Both the position numbers and the translations under genes were made by a program. The notes beneath the pieces are model-generated. The model had not been told where the DNA came from. It made no database searches and was given only the letters and a program-made list of their open reading frames with translations. This document shows positions 1-13,330 of a stretch of DNA of 64,000 nucleotides, piece after piece (the stretch's first letter is position 1; each line of letters begins with the position of its first letter). This stretch comes from Camelus dromedarius (taxonomy: Eukaryota). Where the stretch lies: the NCBI RefSeq assembly GCF_036321535.1, contig NC_087436.1, positions 58,096,001-58,160,000 on the forward strand, in the 5' to 3' direction.

Positions 1-1504
1 AATCTTAGAATCAGACAGGCAGGAAGTACATTTTGTTTTAATTACACCTGAGTAATTTACTTGACCTCTCTGAAATTCAGCTTTAACATAGAGATAAAGA
101 TACTTATCTTGGAGACATTGTGAAAAGTAAGTGAAACAGGTGGGAACAGTGTCTTGCTTGTTTAAAGCAAATAATACATACTGGATAACTACCTACATAT
201 TTTGGGATAACTGACTACATATTTCAATTATTTGCCATTCTTTAATAATGCTTTGATTAAATTTATATTATGTTCGAAATAATTAACTCTTTTCTAATCG
301 CACATAATTCTGATACTTTCAGTGCTTATACCATTGATATAATATGTATGAAGAGTAAGATTTTATTTTTCTAGGAGTTTGAAGTTGTTTTGCACATTCG
401 TGGTATTAGGAAAAACAAAGCAAATAAAAAAATCTCACTTGTAAAAACTAGTTCTGACTCCTAAAGAGGCTGTTTGATAATGCAAATCTCTCCTACATGA
501 CAACAAATACATAGTTGGTGCATATTATAGGAGTTTAATTTTTTTTCATTTTTTTCAATATAATTCAACTGGAAAGAGGAAGGTGTCTAAATGTTGCTTC
601 TGTTGCCTAAGCACTGCATGATTTTAAAGCGAAAAAACATGATCTCTATAATAATAAAAATTACCTTCAGTGCTTTTCTAGAGCAACAGTATTGTACCAA
701 TTAACTATATATAATTTAAAACTATTTATTAAAGACTTTCTGAACCCCTACTAAGTGCAAATACTTAGTTGACATAAGTATGTGCACATACCATTTAAAA
801 TTTTTATAGAGTTACTATTTTCTCCAGCCCTATCTAAATATATCAAGAGCCTACAAAAAATGTTAAATAAAACGTAAAAATGAAATAGTCAAAAAAAAAT
901 TGGGTTCTAGATGTTATCACAAAAGTATTGTAATTAACATGCTCAGAAAATCATATTTTTATCAAGGTCAACATAATATATTTAAGGTAAAAATTAGTAT
1001 GGAAGTAACACATAAACTAAGAAAATCACAATCTCAACAAACAAATACAGATTACTGCTGAGACAAAGCTCTTTTAAATTACACTGTTGTGATAAAGCAG
1101 ATTAAATCCAGAAACAGGATGCTGCCTGCTAGCATTCCTGCTGACCACTTTAAGTATTGTATATGGGACTAAATTTTGTAGGCATTCTGGCAATGGCTTC
1201 TTACAAGTACCAGCTGAGCTAAATTTGCTAAATGCAAATCTCTCTAGGTAACAAAATGCAGAAGCAATGTGAGCTGGCTTGTGCTTGCACTAATTTCAAA
1301 GTATGGTACATGAACCCTTGTAGTGGAAAATGCAGAACTATGGTTTGCAAGTTGGGTTCACACTTGATATTAACCTTTCTGTGCATCATTGTGGGATTTG
1401 CAGTTTTTGAATTTCAGTCTGAATTACATAGTAAATGAGGTTGGACATGTCATTACTCAATGGCACAGTCACACTTCGCTTTTTGCACCCAGCAACAAGA
1501 TATA

Positions 1505-1668
1505 CAGCAGCATTTTTCAAACTTCAGCATGCATACAAATTACCTGGGGATCTTGTTAAAAAGCAAATTTTGATTCACAGGTCTGGAAAGGGCCTGGGAT
1601 TCTGCATGTCTAACAATATACTTGGTGATATCTTTGCCGTGGTCTAGGGTCTTTGCTTTGTGTATCAT
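1505..1668 (+). mobile_element. MER5A-like hAT-Charlie MITE
   Basis: 'tttttcaaacttcagcatgcatacaaattacctggggatcttgttaaaaagc...gattctgcatgtctaacaa' follows the recalled MER5A consensus. Confidence 0.75.
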
Positions 1669-1679
1669 TAAGTATAGAA

Positions 1680-1988
1680 CAACACTGTCCAAGGAAATAT
1701 AATGGGAACCACATATATTATTTAACATTTTCTAATATCCATTTAAACTATATTTTTCAAAGATGCAAGTAATTTTAGTAATTTGTTTTATTAGAATAAA
1801 TATATCTAAAAGGTTATCATTTCAGCCATATAATCAATATACCACTGATAATGAGATGTTTTACATTCTTTTGTTAATACTATTCAAATCTGATGTATTT
1901 TATACTTTGGGCACATCACAATTTGTAATGGCCACATTTCAAATGCTCTATAGCTACATGTGGCTAGCAGCTATCACGATGGACACAG
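1680..1988 (+). mobile_element. MER33-like hAT-Charlie MITE, near full length
   Basis: Begins 'cactgtccaaggaaatataatgggaaccacata' and ends 'gccacatttcaaatgctctatagctacatgtggctagcagctatcacgatggacacag'; ~310 bp. Confidence 0.8.
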
Positions 1989-2299
1989 GTAAAAAGTAAT
2001 TCGTGTGATTTAGAAAGAAGCACAATGATTAACATTTTAGGGGTACAATAGTGGGTTGTTTCCTTTCTAAATCCTTCCCTTGTTTTTAAAAATGGGCTCT
2101 AGATGCTTCTTTTGAATGGTGGTCCTATAATAAGAGCACCAATAATTTATTTTATCCCTGCTAGGGAAATAAGATGATCCATGGGCAGGGGTAGGGGAAT
2201 TCTTTAAGCCAAGACCACTGGCAATCTTGAAACTGGATAATTAGAGAAAACAGCAGAGTAAAAGCAATAGGTAAGAATGGAAATAAGTCCCTTCACCAA

Positions 2300-2520
2300 A
2301 AAAATTTTTGAGTGTCTGCTATGTTCCAGACACTGTGCTGGCAGAGGAATTATGACAGTGAGGCAAGAATAATGCACTTCCTGTTATCAGGGCTCTTGCA
2401 AAGACCAGACAGGAAGAAAGGGATGAGGTTAGAAATCAAACTGGGGCAGAAGCATATGCATAAGTAACTGTGCTAGGCCCATGAGGGGAAAGTCAATGAA
2501 GAAAAATATTTAGAGCATCT
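2300..2520 (-). mobile_element. L2 3'-end fragment
   Basis: 'ttttgagtgtctgctatgttccagacactgtgctgg' is the reverse complement of the L2 3' terminus motif. Confidence 0.55.
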
Positions 2521-2859
2521 GGCAACATGAAGTGAGTATGTCAGAGCTCAGTTATATAAATTTTTTTCCTTAATGCCCTCAAATTGAGCAAATCAAAGTT
2601 TCCGATGATCATAGCATTATAAAAAAAGATACGTTTGACTTTATGTACACATATTGAGAAGGAACTCAGCTATTATAAGTTTTCATTAAAAAAAAAAAAG
2701 ACATCTAAGTCCCTAGCACTATTGAGGTCTATGGCAGATATTGAGTTTGAATATTTTAGAACACCTATTATTCCCTTCAAATTTCTAGGTCTCTCTTCCT
2801 TATAGTAGAGGTTTCTACCCAGTAATAGTAATCTACATCATTGCCCTTTCTTTTTTTAG

Positions 2860-4045
2860 TAAATACTCCTTTTTTTTGGTTACCATGAAGTCATGATCCC
2901 TGGTTCTCTCCTACACCTCTACCTACTCCTTCTTACTTTCCTCTCCTCTGTCCTCTTTCCATAACCTGACTCTAATTGCACAGTATCCATGGATTGATTC
3001 TGAACCTCTTGTCTTTATATAAACTCTCCCTTGGTGATCTTGCTTATGCCTATGTCTAGCAATTTCATCAAATTTATAACTTGTGCCAAGATTTCCCTCT
3101 CTCTGATCTTCCTAATAACTAATTGAAACTTCCTCTTGACTGTGTATCTGGCATCTCAAACTTCACACACAGTGAAAAAAAATTCTTTATTAATTACTAT
3201 TCCTACTACTATTTCTTTCCTAGTTTTTTTCTATCCCAGTAAATAGCACCAGTCTGTACAATTGCTCAGACTTCAAATATGGGAGTCATCCTTGATGTCT
3301 GCCTTTTTTTTCCTGTCTATACCAAACCTATCAGCAAATTCTATTGATCTTAAATCCACACATATTTTTGAATGTGTCCACTTCTCTCCAACTAAACTGC
3401 AAACACTTAAGTCCAAATGATAGTTTAGCACCTAAACTATAGCAATGGTTTTCATTCCTGCTTCCCTACAGCTGATTCTTTACAATGCAGTCAGAATGTT
3501 CTCTGTGGAAGTCAAATCAGCTAATGTACGCTTACGGCTCTTTAGAGGATTCCCATTTCACTTAGAATGAAATACAAAGCTTTTACTAAGCATAAAGTGC
3601 TGTAAACATCTGGCCTTGCCTACCTTTTCATTTCATCTCCTACTATGTCCCCATCACAATATACCTGTTAATTTCTTTTCTGTTTCTGGAAATCACAAAG
3701 TTCTTTCTTAACCTTGAGTCCTTGCATTTCCTGTTTCTTTTCTGTAGAATGTTCCTCTCCAAGTTCTTTTCATGGCTGACTTCTTTTTGTCATTCAGCTT
3801 TCACATCAAATGCCATCTCTTTAGAGAAACTCCTGTCATTCTATTTACATCAGCATTACCACTACCTCTCCTGTTAATTACATTTCACAGATAACTTTAT
3901 TTCATAGTACTTATTGCAGTATGTAATTATCATCTTTATTTATTTGCTTACTTTTTAATTTTCTGATTCTCATAATAGTAAGTTTCCCAGAGTCTGGCAC
4001 ATATTAGACTTGCTACAGTTACTGGCTGATTGTTGAATGAATTGC
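2860..4045 (+). mobile_element. L2 (L2a-like) 3' fragment, ~1.2 kb
   Basis: Pyrimidine-rich with L2 landmarks in order: 'catctcaaacttcac', 'gggagtcatccttga', 'cccatttcacttagaatgaaa', 'agagtctggcacata', ending 'tgttgaatgaat'. Confidence 0.8.
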
Positions 4046-7000
4046 ATGAGTGTGGGAAGAACTGAGTTCTACTATTAAATCTATCAAGTTATTTACACAC
4101 TGAACTTTAGTCAGTTATGCATGCTAGTCTGTGAGTTTCAGTTTCTTCATGAGGTGAATATGCATCCTATCATGGGTTCCCACTTTCATATATGATTTTA
4201 TGATTTTATCAGGTAAGAGAATGGATAATGAAAAAAATAATTAATAGCGGCACTATTTATTTACTATAAAACATTCATGCCAACAGGCAAATATATCCAT
4301 GAAATCCCTCAGTTATGCTGAAACCACAATTCTGGAGGAGTCAGCAATAGGTATCAGTTCAATTTTGTCTGCTAATGTAGGAAGAAGTAGAGATAATATC
4401 AAATGGCAGAGTTTGCACTTCTGTAATCGTGTTTTGCTTTGTGGTAAGATTAAATTGCCTTGTAGTCTCTGAGCCTAGGCAAGTCAGGAAATGGGGTAAG
4501 GATGCCAGAAACGTATTCCATGTTTCTGGCAAAATATCCCAGGACTATACTTAAAATTGATCATGAAAAAGGATATGTACATAATCAAGAGTTGACTATA
4601 TTCAATAATACAATATTCTTATGGACATGACAACAAGGATCAGTTATAGTGAAGTTTAGGTGTAATTCTACTTCTGTAACTCACCATCCATGAAATGATG
4701 GGTAAAGGCAGAAATGTCTTACATATGTACCTTATGTTACTATAAAAGAGCATTTAAATTTGTAGTATGTATTTATTTACTTAAAAATGCCATCCTTTGT
4801 TTTTGCTCATGCTTTGTAAAACTGTGTATTAATTCATGTCTATTCTTTATGTTTATAGACAGATTAGCTATCAATTTTTTTTCACTTTATCAGATCACTA
4901 CTTATTATGACCAGATTGAAACAGTCTTAGTGTCTTCTAGATATTCACCACTCTATGACTGTATGGAAGAATTAAAACATAGTCACTGAAAGAATATCTT
5001 TTATGAATATATGTGTAAAGTTTAATAATTTAATCAGGCAGTACATTAGTTGACTAAAGCTTGGCTTAGGAAAGACAAGTTGTATGTGGTTCATGAGTGA
5101 AGGCGTAAATATCTTATATTACCATGGAAATTCACCTCCCCTGAGCTTGTAACTAGGCCATCTACACCTCTGGGGGCAAAAGAGGATGTTAGAGTCCCAG
5201 CTATGAGAACATCTCATAATCCATTATTAAATATTAACTTTGTATAATCTAGACATTGCCCAATTTTGTCAACAATAACTTGTAACCTAAATGCACACAT
5301 CAGAATAGCAGTGTTCAGCTCTCTTGATATGCTGCTGTGTTGTCATCACTTGTGAAACTGATTTTAAGCAAAGTGTTACTAATAATAGTGATTGTGAAAA
5401 GTACTTATTTTGTAAAATAAGTTCAAAGAAGTTTCCTGACACAACAAAATGAAAAGTAAGATGAGAGAAAGAATTGACCACTACTCATTTGCAACCTACA
5501 AGTAATGATACTGATGTGGTCATTATACATTATTGGACTGTGTTGTAACTCCCTCTTCAAGCCAATTTTTACCCAAGATTATGATCTATCTATTCTAGTA
5601 TGTTTAAAAATTGAATGCTGCCTGCCAGAAGCTTCTGCAATGATTAAGTTCTCAAAACCAGTTTGAAAGGAAAAACTGTATTGGAGTATAATGTTTCATA
5701 TTACATAGATATTTTATTCCATTCATTCAATACTTTAGAGTGTATACATATTGTGAAACAATTATTAATCAACATCCATTAAAGCAAAATGTCTACAGTA
5801 TATCTTATAGTTTCCAGAGACTTTAAAATAAGAATCAATATTTTAAACACTCACTGGTAAGCATTGTTTAATATTCACTAAATGTAAAGAGTTTACTTAA
5901 ATTATGATATTTTACTTTGAATTTATTTATTTTCACATCTCACATTGGTATAGTTACTTTCATTTTGGTTTTTAGGTTCTCATATTCTTAATCTTCTTAT
6001 ACTTGCTCCAGTCAAAACTTAATTCACTGGCATATAAACTAATTCCTGACTCTTTATGAATTAATAAATAATGGAGCTAGAATAGCATTAACCATCTACT
6101 ATGAAATTGGATTATTTTCAGTGAGGTTGACTTTTGACTTAATGTAATTAAGTCTATGAGCATAATGCTTTGTACATAGTTGTCATTCCAAAAATGTCAA
6201 TCATAATGTTATTTCTTCTGCCTTATAACAGCATGAAATATAAATCCAATTATTTCCTGATACATTCATTGTTCCTCTTCTATCCAAACATCATGGCATA
6301 TAGAGAAACCTAGGGAAGTGTGTCTCTCTCTTTTCAGGGGAGAGAATAACTTTTTTTTTTCTCAGAGAACTGGAAAATTGAGATCAATGATATCCTAAAT
6401 ATATTCCTAGATAATAATCCTAAATACTAGTGTAATAGGCATATTCATGCTTAAGTTACTCTTGGATACAGACATTTTTCATTGATAAGAGACCAATTTG
6501 TGTTATAATAATGTATTATATCCATGTTATTTATAAACCATATTTATATACTTTATTTGTATTTCCAAAATTAATATTTCTCTAAATGTTATCGAAAGTA
6601 TGTCTTTCCTTATCAATTTAAAAACTAGTAATTTCAAGTTACTTAATTATATCCTTATTATTTCCATGCTATTATTTAGGATTTGATTGCAAAGCAACTG
6701 AACTAATATGTCACTATTTTTGCATAAAGTGCCTACTTCTAGGCATTTCTATCCTTAAACAGTCACTTAAAAATTCTTCAATGATTAATGAAGAGAGAAC
6801 ACATTATGAAAAGGATGCCTACAAAGGTTTATTCCTAAAATTCATCATTTCTCTGCTACTTATTTAAAGGCTTTAACAAGATACAAAGATCACACACACA
6901 TACATACATGTATATGAATTGCTAATTAATATTTGTATTAGTTATATGTCATAATAAATACATAAGTGTAGAAAGGGGTACTGTATCAATATCACACGCA

Positions 7001-7261
7001 CTGTAATATAAAATGTGATTCATTGGTAAATATTTTCTCATTACCAGGAATTCCTTGTTCATTATTGAATCGTACCTCAGATTATGATTAAACAGAAATA
7101 TTTGGAAATAATTCTTTCAGTTAGCTTTACACCATTGCACCAACAGAATTTTTAAATAATCTAAACTGTTATCTCACTAGTTGCTATTTTAGAGACTAAT
7201 ATCAAAGTAATTTTCAAAATTTAGGTCTTTATGATATTATATTCTAAAGATATGATTTCAA

Positions 7262-7320
7262 CAGGGAATCATATTCAGTATCTTGTAATAACCTTCAAAG
7301 AAAAAGAATATGAAAAGGAA

Positions 7321-7363
<43 letters not shown>

Positions 7364-7430
7364 GACAGGGACATTATGTTGTACACCGGAAATTGACACA
7401 TTGTAACTGACTATACTTCAAGAAGGAAAA
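7262..7430 (+). mobile_element. Young lineage-specific L1, 5'-truncated 3'UTR with 16-bp TSD
   Basis: Ends 'gaaattgacacattgtaactgactatacttcaa' plus A-rich tail; flanked by AAAGATATGATTTCAA (7246-7261) and AAAGATACGATTTCAA (7431-7446). Confidence 0.85.
7321..7363. repeat. Compound (TG)(TA)n(CA)n microsatellite inside L1 3'UTR
   Basis: Directly visible. Confidence 0.9.
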
Positions 7431-8284
7431 AAAGATACGATTTCAATATTTACATGTTGAACAAAAAGACATAGGCTCGACTTGGCTACATAGGCTAATT
7501 AGCTTCAATTTAGTTTTAGGTATTCTATTTTCATAGATATCATAAAACACATGAATTAATATTAAACAATATACTGCATTATATCTAAATTAATATACAC
7601 ACAATAAATCAGGTATTTATTAAAAGACATATGTTCTTCTGTTTTGTTTTGGTGATACGAGAGATTGAATAAGGATAGACTGAATGGGAACATTTACTCA
7701 TATTAAGTGTGAAAATCTTCCTCTGAAAGAAGTACAATTTGTGTTCGGTGACCCATAACTTTGTGGGTTAGTGGAATCTCAGCTGCCACCACACTGCTGC
7801 ACTCCACAGCATTCTAACTCAAGGTTAACTATATTTCCTAGTCACACATTTTCTATTTGATTGAGCAATATTGAACCATTAAAAAAAAAAGATTTGAAAT
7901 CAACCTCACTCTGCTAAAAATGAAAGCATTTGACTAGAATTTTAAGAAACTTTTTTTTTGCTAGCTCTGAAATTCTAGGCCTAATTGAAATCAGGATTAC
8001 AAGTATCTGACTGAGATTACATTTTCTCTAATAAAAGGTTTTTTAAAGTATTTTATGTTTCAATAAGTATCTTTATTGGAATAGAACTGTCCACTCTTCT
8101 GATATTTTCCTCATGAAACCCATGTTTCATTCAAAAGGAAATAGAGTTCTACTGGTGATAGGAAAAGTAGCACTTTTCACTGGTGAAAATAATTGTTAAT
8201 AATTCAATTTTTCTATGTCAAAAATATATTGAAAGCCAAAGTACAGAATTAAAACAAGAAAAGTGGTACATCTACCGATGCCTG

Positions 8285-8417
8285 CGGGGGGTCCTTAGGC
8301 AATATACTTTCTCCTCTGTGAGCCTCATAGTATTGTGGTAAGGACTAAATTAATGAATGTAGTAAACCCCTTAGAGCAGTACCCGGGACGTGTAAGTACT
8401 CAGTAAATGTTAGCTGT
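8285..8417 (+). mobile_element. MIR SINE fragment
   Basis: 'ctctgtgagcctca...cccttagagcagtacccgggacgtgtaagtactcagtaaatgttagct' is the MIR 3' end. Confidence 0.7.

Positions 8418-8449
<32 letters not shown>
8418..8449. repeat. (ATC)n microsatellite at MIR tail
   Basis: About 10 ATC units. Confidence 0.95.
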
Positions 8450-9124
8450 ATTATTCATTCCATCTAGAAGAATTAATTTTATGATAGTTCTACAAAGACC
8501 TCATTATATAACTTGAATCCCAAGAAGAATATTCTTAATTACAAAATTACCATAAAATCATTAATTATCACTAATTCAAGATTAAAATTTCCAGCCAAGT
8601 TGGTGCTACTGTCTGTGTTTTTCTATGTCTAATAAAGCATTTATACAACATGCAGTCAAAATTATTAATCTATAGTTGGATTGTTCACATTTTGGATTAT
8701 AATGAGGCTTTAATCTCAGGCTGACTTCTGCTTGACATGACACTTCTAATCTATCTCTACCTGCTTCTAGTTGGCATATGCTAGGGGAATTCAGGGCAAT
8801 TTTGATATTACTCTAGTTGAACATTGTTATTCAAGCAGACACACTGTCAAAAGCACACACATTATATCCCAAAGGCAAACGTACAAGACTTGAGCATTAG
8901 CTATGAAACCATTGCCCTCTACTAGATTGAATAATCAAGTGTTCAGTGTGATAAAAACTGTCATTATATCCAATATGGCTTTATACTTTCAACACACAGA
9001 AGAGGATCAAAATATGATATGGCCAAACAATGAAAAACAAGTGTTTTCTTTGCATAATGGCATTTGATACATTTTTTTAAGAACATGTTTTTCCTTCATA
9101 AGAACAAACATTTTTTTAATCTCG

Positions 9125-9450
9125 AAAGTTTTTTATCATGCTAAGTGAAAAAAGGCAGTCCAAAAATCATATACTGTATGATTCCATTTATATGAAAAAT
9201 GCAGAACAGGAAAATCTATATAGACAGAAAGCAGATAAGATGCTGACCAGGGCTGGGGAACTTGGGTTGAGGGAGATAAAGCATGACTGTTAGCGATCAC
9301 AGAGATTCTTTCTGGGGTGATGAGAGTAGTTTAAAATTTGAATGTGGCAATGGTGGCACACTTGTGAGAATCAATTAAAACCATTAAATTATGTACTTCA
9401 AAGAAGTGAATTCTGTATTACACAGGTTTTATACCAATAAAGAGGTTAAA
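9125..9450 (+). mobile_element. Old L1 (L1MB/L1ME-like) 3'UTR end
   Basis: 'catgctaagtgaaa...atactgtatgattccatttatatgaaa...tctggggtgatga...aataaa'. Confidence 0.8.
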
Positions 9451-10219
9451 GAAACAAGTTTCTTAAGAGAAATTTAATTTCAATTTAACAGAAAATAAAT
9501 TACTATTCTGAAGAATAGTAATTTTCTTCTAAATAATTTTTTTTAAAAAATGTTTCATTAGTCAAGCACTGTGACAAAATAAAATCCATTACCATCACCA
9601 ATATGTTTGTCTACATGATACTGTAATGACTATGTACAATTTCACTGGTTTAAAAAATTGGAATTGTGATGCCATCAACAAAATTTATTATGAAACAAAT
9701 ATTCAGCAATATTTTCTGCTTCATGAATGGTATGTTTCAACTAAAAAATTCTAGCCACAGTTCTAATCTTTCTTGTGAATGTAGAAAAGCACAAATATGT
9801 GTCATCTGTATGTCTAAAGGGAGTAGGAACAGCTATTAATCATAACATTTTGTGACTTTTCAGCTTTTCTTTTTGAAATTGCCTTTGCCAGAGCCAGGAT
9901 GAGGTAGGTGGCATGAAATAGAAGAGTTGAGAGGTGCAGAAAGTGAGAAACCAAACGCACGTAGAGGAGAATACAGGTCTCATTCTGTTTCACTCCAAAG
10001 AGAACACAGACTATGTATATTTTTAAAACCCATATACACACAAGCCATGACCAGGATATGCTAACCTCTTTTCTAAACCCTCCTAATCCTTTTAGTGCTG
10101 TGCTATTAGCAAGTGCCATGCCCTGCTAATGACATAATTTTCAAAGGAAGCTAAAGAACCATGGGCCCAGACCCTGGTGTTCAATTCTGTCCCCACACAC
10201 AGAATGATTATGACAAGCA

Positions 10220-10440
10220 TGGACATAGTGCTTACCACATGCCAGGCACTGTTTTCTATGTTTTATATAGAATAAATTATTCATATTACTTTGTGAAGTA
10301 GATTCAATTACTATGTACATTTTACATATAAAAAACTGAGGCTGTAAGAAACTGAAATAACTTGCCAAATTGGCAAGTAGTAGAGCCAGGATTTAAACCT
10401 TGGTGTCTTCATGGTACACTCTCTGTTCCCAAGCACTGCA
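10220..10440 (-). mobile_element. MIR SINE
   Basis: 'gtgcttaccacatgccaggcactgtt...aaaactgaggct...taacttgcc...agagccaggatttaaacc'. Confidence 0.8.
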
Positions 10441-11041
10441 CTGCTCTTCCAGTGGGGCTCCAGGGCCTCTCCCATAACAATATATTACAGATCAAATAAG
10501 ACTTTTAAAGAACAAGACATCCTTATTTTTCACACAGCTTGGAAACACCTATAGGGACCAACAATTTCTTTTTAATTGAAGTAATCATTAAGATGGTGGG
10601 TGTTAAAGTCCAACTAATATCAGAAAATTGTAGGTCCTAAATGATTACTAGTGTACTGCAAGTAACATTTCACTGCCACATTAAATTATGAAAATAGAAT
10701 AAACAAAAAAATCTGGCTTTAGTTTATTTAATCCTTCACATGACTCTCTACAGATCTTAGTGAAAATGGTTTAACTTCTTAGTATATTATCCTGAGACAA
10801 CTGGAGGACCAAGGTAAATTGTTTCTAGGAACATTCCAACTCTAAATTTCTAAGATTTATTTCATTTTTTAAGTACTGAAACTACTGGATATCTCAATGT
10901 AGTATTTCAAAATAACTTTATAAAATTTACTTTTAAAGGTCTTTTGAAATGAGAGCTTTCTCAATAATTAAAAAATACTCAAATAAAATTATTTTTAAAC
11001 TTTTTAGTCCAATAAGTAATCTGAAATTTAAAGTTGTATGT

Positions 11042-11162
11042 ATTTTTTTATTGAAGCATAGTCAGTTTACAATGTTGTATCAATTTCTGATGTGCAGCAC
11101 AATGTTTTAGTCATACATGAACATACATATATTCACCTTCATATTCCTTTTCACCATAAGTT
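11042..11162 (-). mobile_element. Young lineage-specific L1 3'-terminal fragment
   Basis: 'ttttttattgaagcatagtcagtttacaatgttgtatcaatttc' is the reverse complement of the 3' end seen at 7262-7430 and 15790-15870. Confidence 0.8.
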
Positions 11163-12899
11163 AATAAAAAGTTTTTAAAACAATATAATCTGACATGGTC
11201 AGCACAATGAGAAGTAACCATGTCTCTTTAGGGAAGCCTTTGTACTGTTTCTGTATCTCCAAGATAAAGGATATATGCTAAATGGAAAGATTAGAAGTTA
11301 TGAAATCAGGTAGGTTATGTTTTGAATACAATCACTATCACAGCATATAAATAAGTCTCTTACCATTTCATTTTCTGTATGCTAGAAGTGCCTAGAATAA
11401 ATTTATTTTATATACAAATGAAAATAATTTGTAAGTTTATATTAAAAACAACTCCCTGTAATATAATATTCTAAAGGGTTGTTATCCTTTCTGTGTATGC
11501 ACCCTAGTAATTGTACACATCCATACTTTTTTGTTTTCATTGTTGAAATCATGGTACAATAGTACAGTTTTATCTTTTCAGCATTTTTTTTTGGCTAATG
11601 TAAAATAAAAGCCATTCTGAAATAAGAAACAGGTACATTCAATGTAGAGAGAAGCAGATGAAGTATATTTGACACTCTGTAAGACATTATGAAAAATACA
11701 AAGGAGAAAATGTTAAGTGATAGAAGTAGAGTTTATTTATGGCTCATGTACAATGTCATAGCCATCTAATAAATTGTTTAATATTCTAAGGAATTATAAA
11801 ATAAAATTTCTGTAAAAGTTCAGAGTGTTACTATGCAAGTAAGTTTTGTACATGTGGTATTCTTTGATTCGGTCTAATCAGTATTGATCTGATAATAAAG
11901 AAAAAATAGTGTGTAGATTTTTATCTCACAAAATATTATTGTCCAGTAATTTCATTTAAAGAATTACAGAAAACAACCTGTTATAAAACATACAAGAAAA
12001 ATAATGAGAATTAATAAAAATTTAAAATGATACAGTTAAGTGATAGGATATGTAACGTCTTCACTACTTTACAAGCTTTGATATTTTCTTTGGAAAGAGA
12101 AAGGGATAATTTTCTGACAATATGAGTTACATGTATGAAATTGATTTTCTTTAAAATTGTGACAGTAGTGGATTAAAGTATTTCTCATATAACATCCACT
12201 GCTGTACAATACTGACTATGATACACCAGTTCCTAATGATTTTTGCAGAATATCATTAAAGTAGTTCTCTAGGTAAAAAGAATGTAAAACTTCTATCCCC
12301 ACTTATCTCAAGGATAAGAAAATATATGGAAGCAGTAAGACTTGTGGGGTATCTATTATGAATGTTCATTAAATATTCTTCTAAAATTTATTCTGTATAA
12401 ATAATAAAATATTTTATTGAGCAGTAAATAGTCTCAAGAGGTTAAATGACTGAAGCAAGTCTACACAGTTAGTAGTAAAAGAATACTATCAAAGATGTAT
12501 TTAACACTAAATTTTAGATTTTGTAAATCCTATTGCTTTTCTCCTGATGCTCTATTCTCCCCTTCTGCTCTCTGACTCACTTGACTAATTATAGCCGTGT
12601 TGTAAGATCTCTGTGTCTCAAGGGTACTATTTTCATTATGTGTAGAAAAATGGCAGGGGAAGAGGAAGAAGTTGTATTTTGAGGATCAGGTAGTGAAAAG
12701 ACATTTATTAATTGGGCATGGACAGTATACTTGGAGGTTCTCAGCTCACTTCTTCAGTTCTTGCAGTCCTTACTCCTTCTGGGAAGTAAAGAAATTTCCA
12801 AGTCTGTGCAATTGCTTACATGTAAAAGTGTATCAATTCAATGGTCAAAAAATACTACAGAAAACATAACTTGTATTATGTAAATATAATGTATTATAT

Positions 12900-13330
12900 C
12901 AAGGAAATCTATGGCATATCAGGAGTATTTGGGGCCACTGTCATTGTCTTTTTAAGAGGGGATATTAATAAATTGGAAGGAATACAGATAAGGCAAATAG
13001 TATGCTAATGGCCTAGAAAGTAAGTTAGGATTGCATAACTGGAGATGATTTAGTCTAACTATGAGAAAATTCCCCAGTGGAGATGGAAGGAAAAACCATA
13101 TTGTATTATATTACATATATTAAGAGACTGTATGTATTGGCTGTTGGTGTGATTCTGGGTACAGCATTAGACAAATAGATAGGAAGGGCACAGAATAGTA
13201 GACACTGAAACAAAAAGAAGAACATCTTAAAATTATAGCTCTTGAAAAATGGAACAGGACCTGAAAGTTTGTGTTGGCCATTTCATTCTTGTACGCTGAA
13301 GAACCATTACATAGGCTTTTAGAGAAAATA
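12900..13330 (+). mobile_element. L3/CR1 LINE fragment
   Basis: 'ttttaagaggggatattaataaattggaagg...aactggagatgatttagtcta' resembles the CR1/L3 ORF2 3' region. Confidence 0.55.

Noticed and set aside
1443..1452. p53-like half site GGACATGTCA
   Set aside because: Single imperfect half-site; expected by chance.
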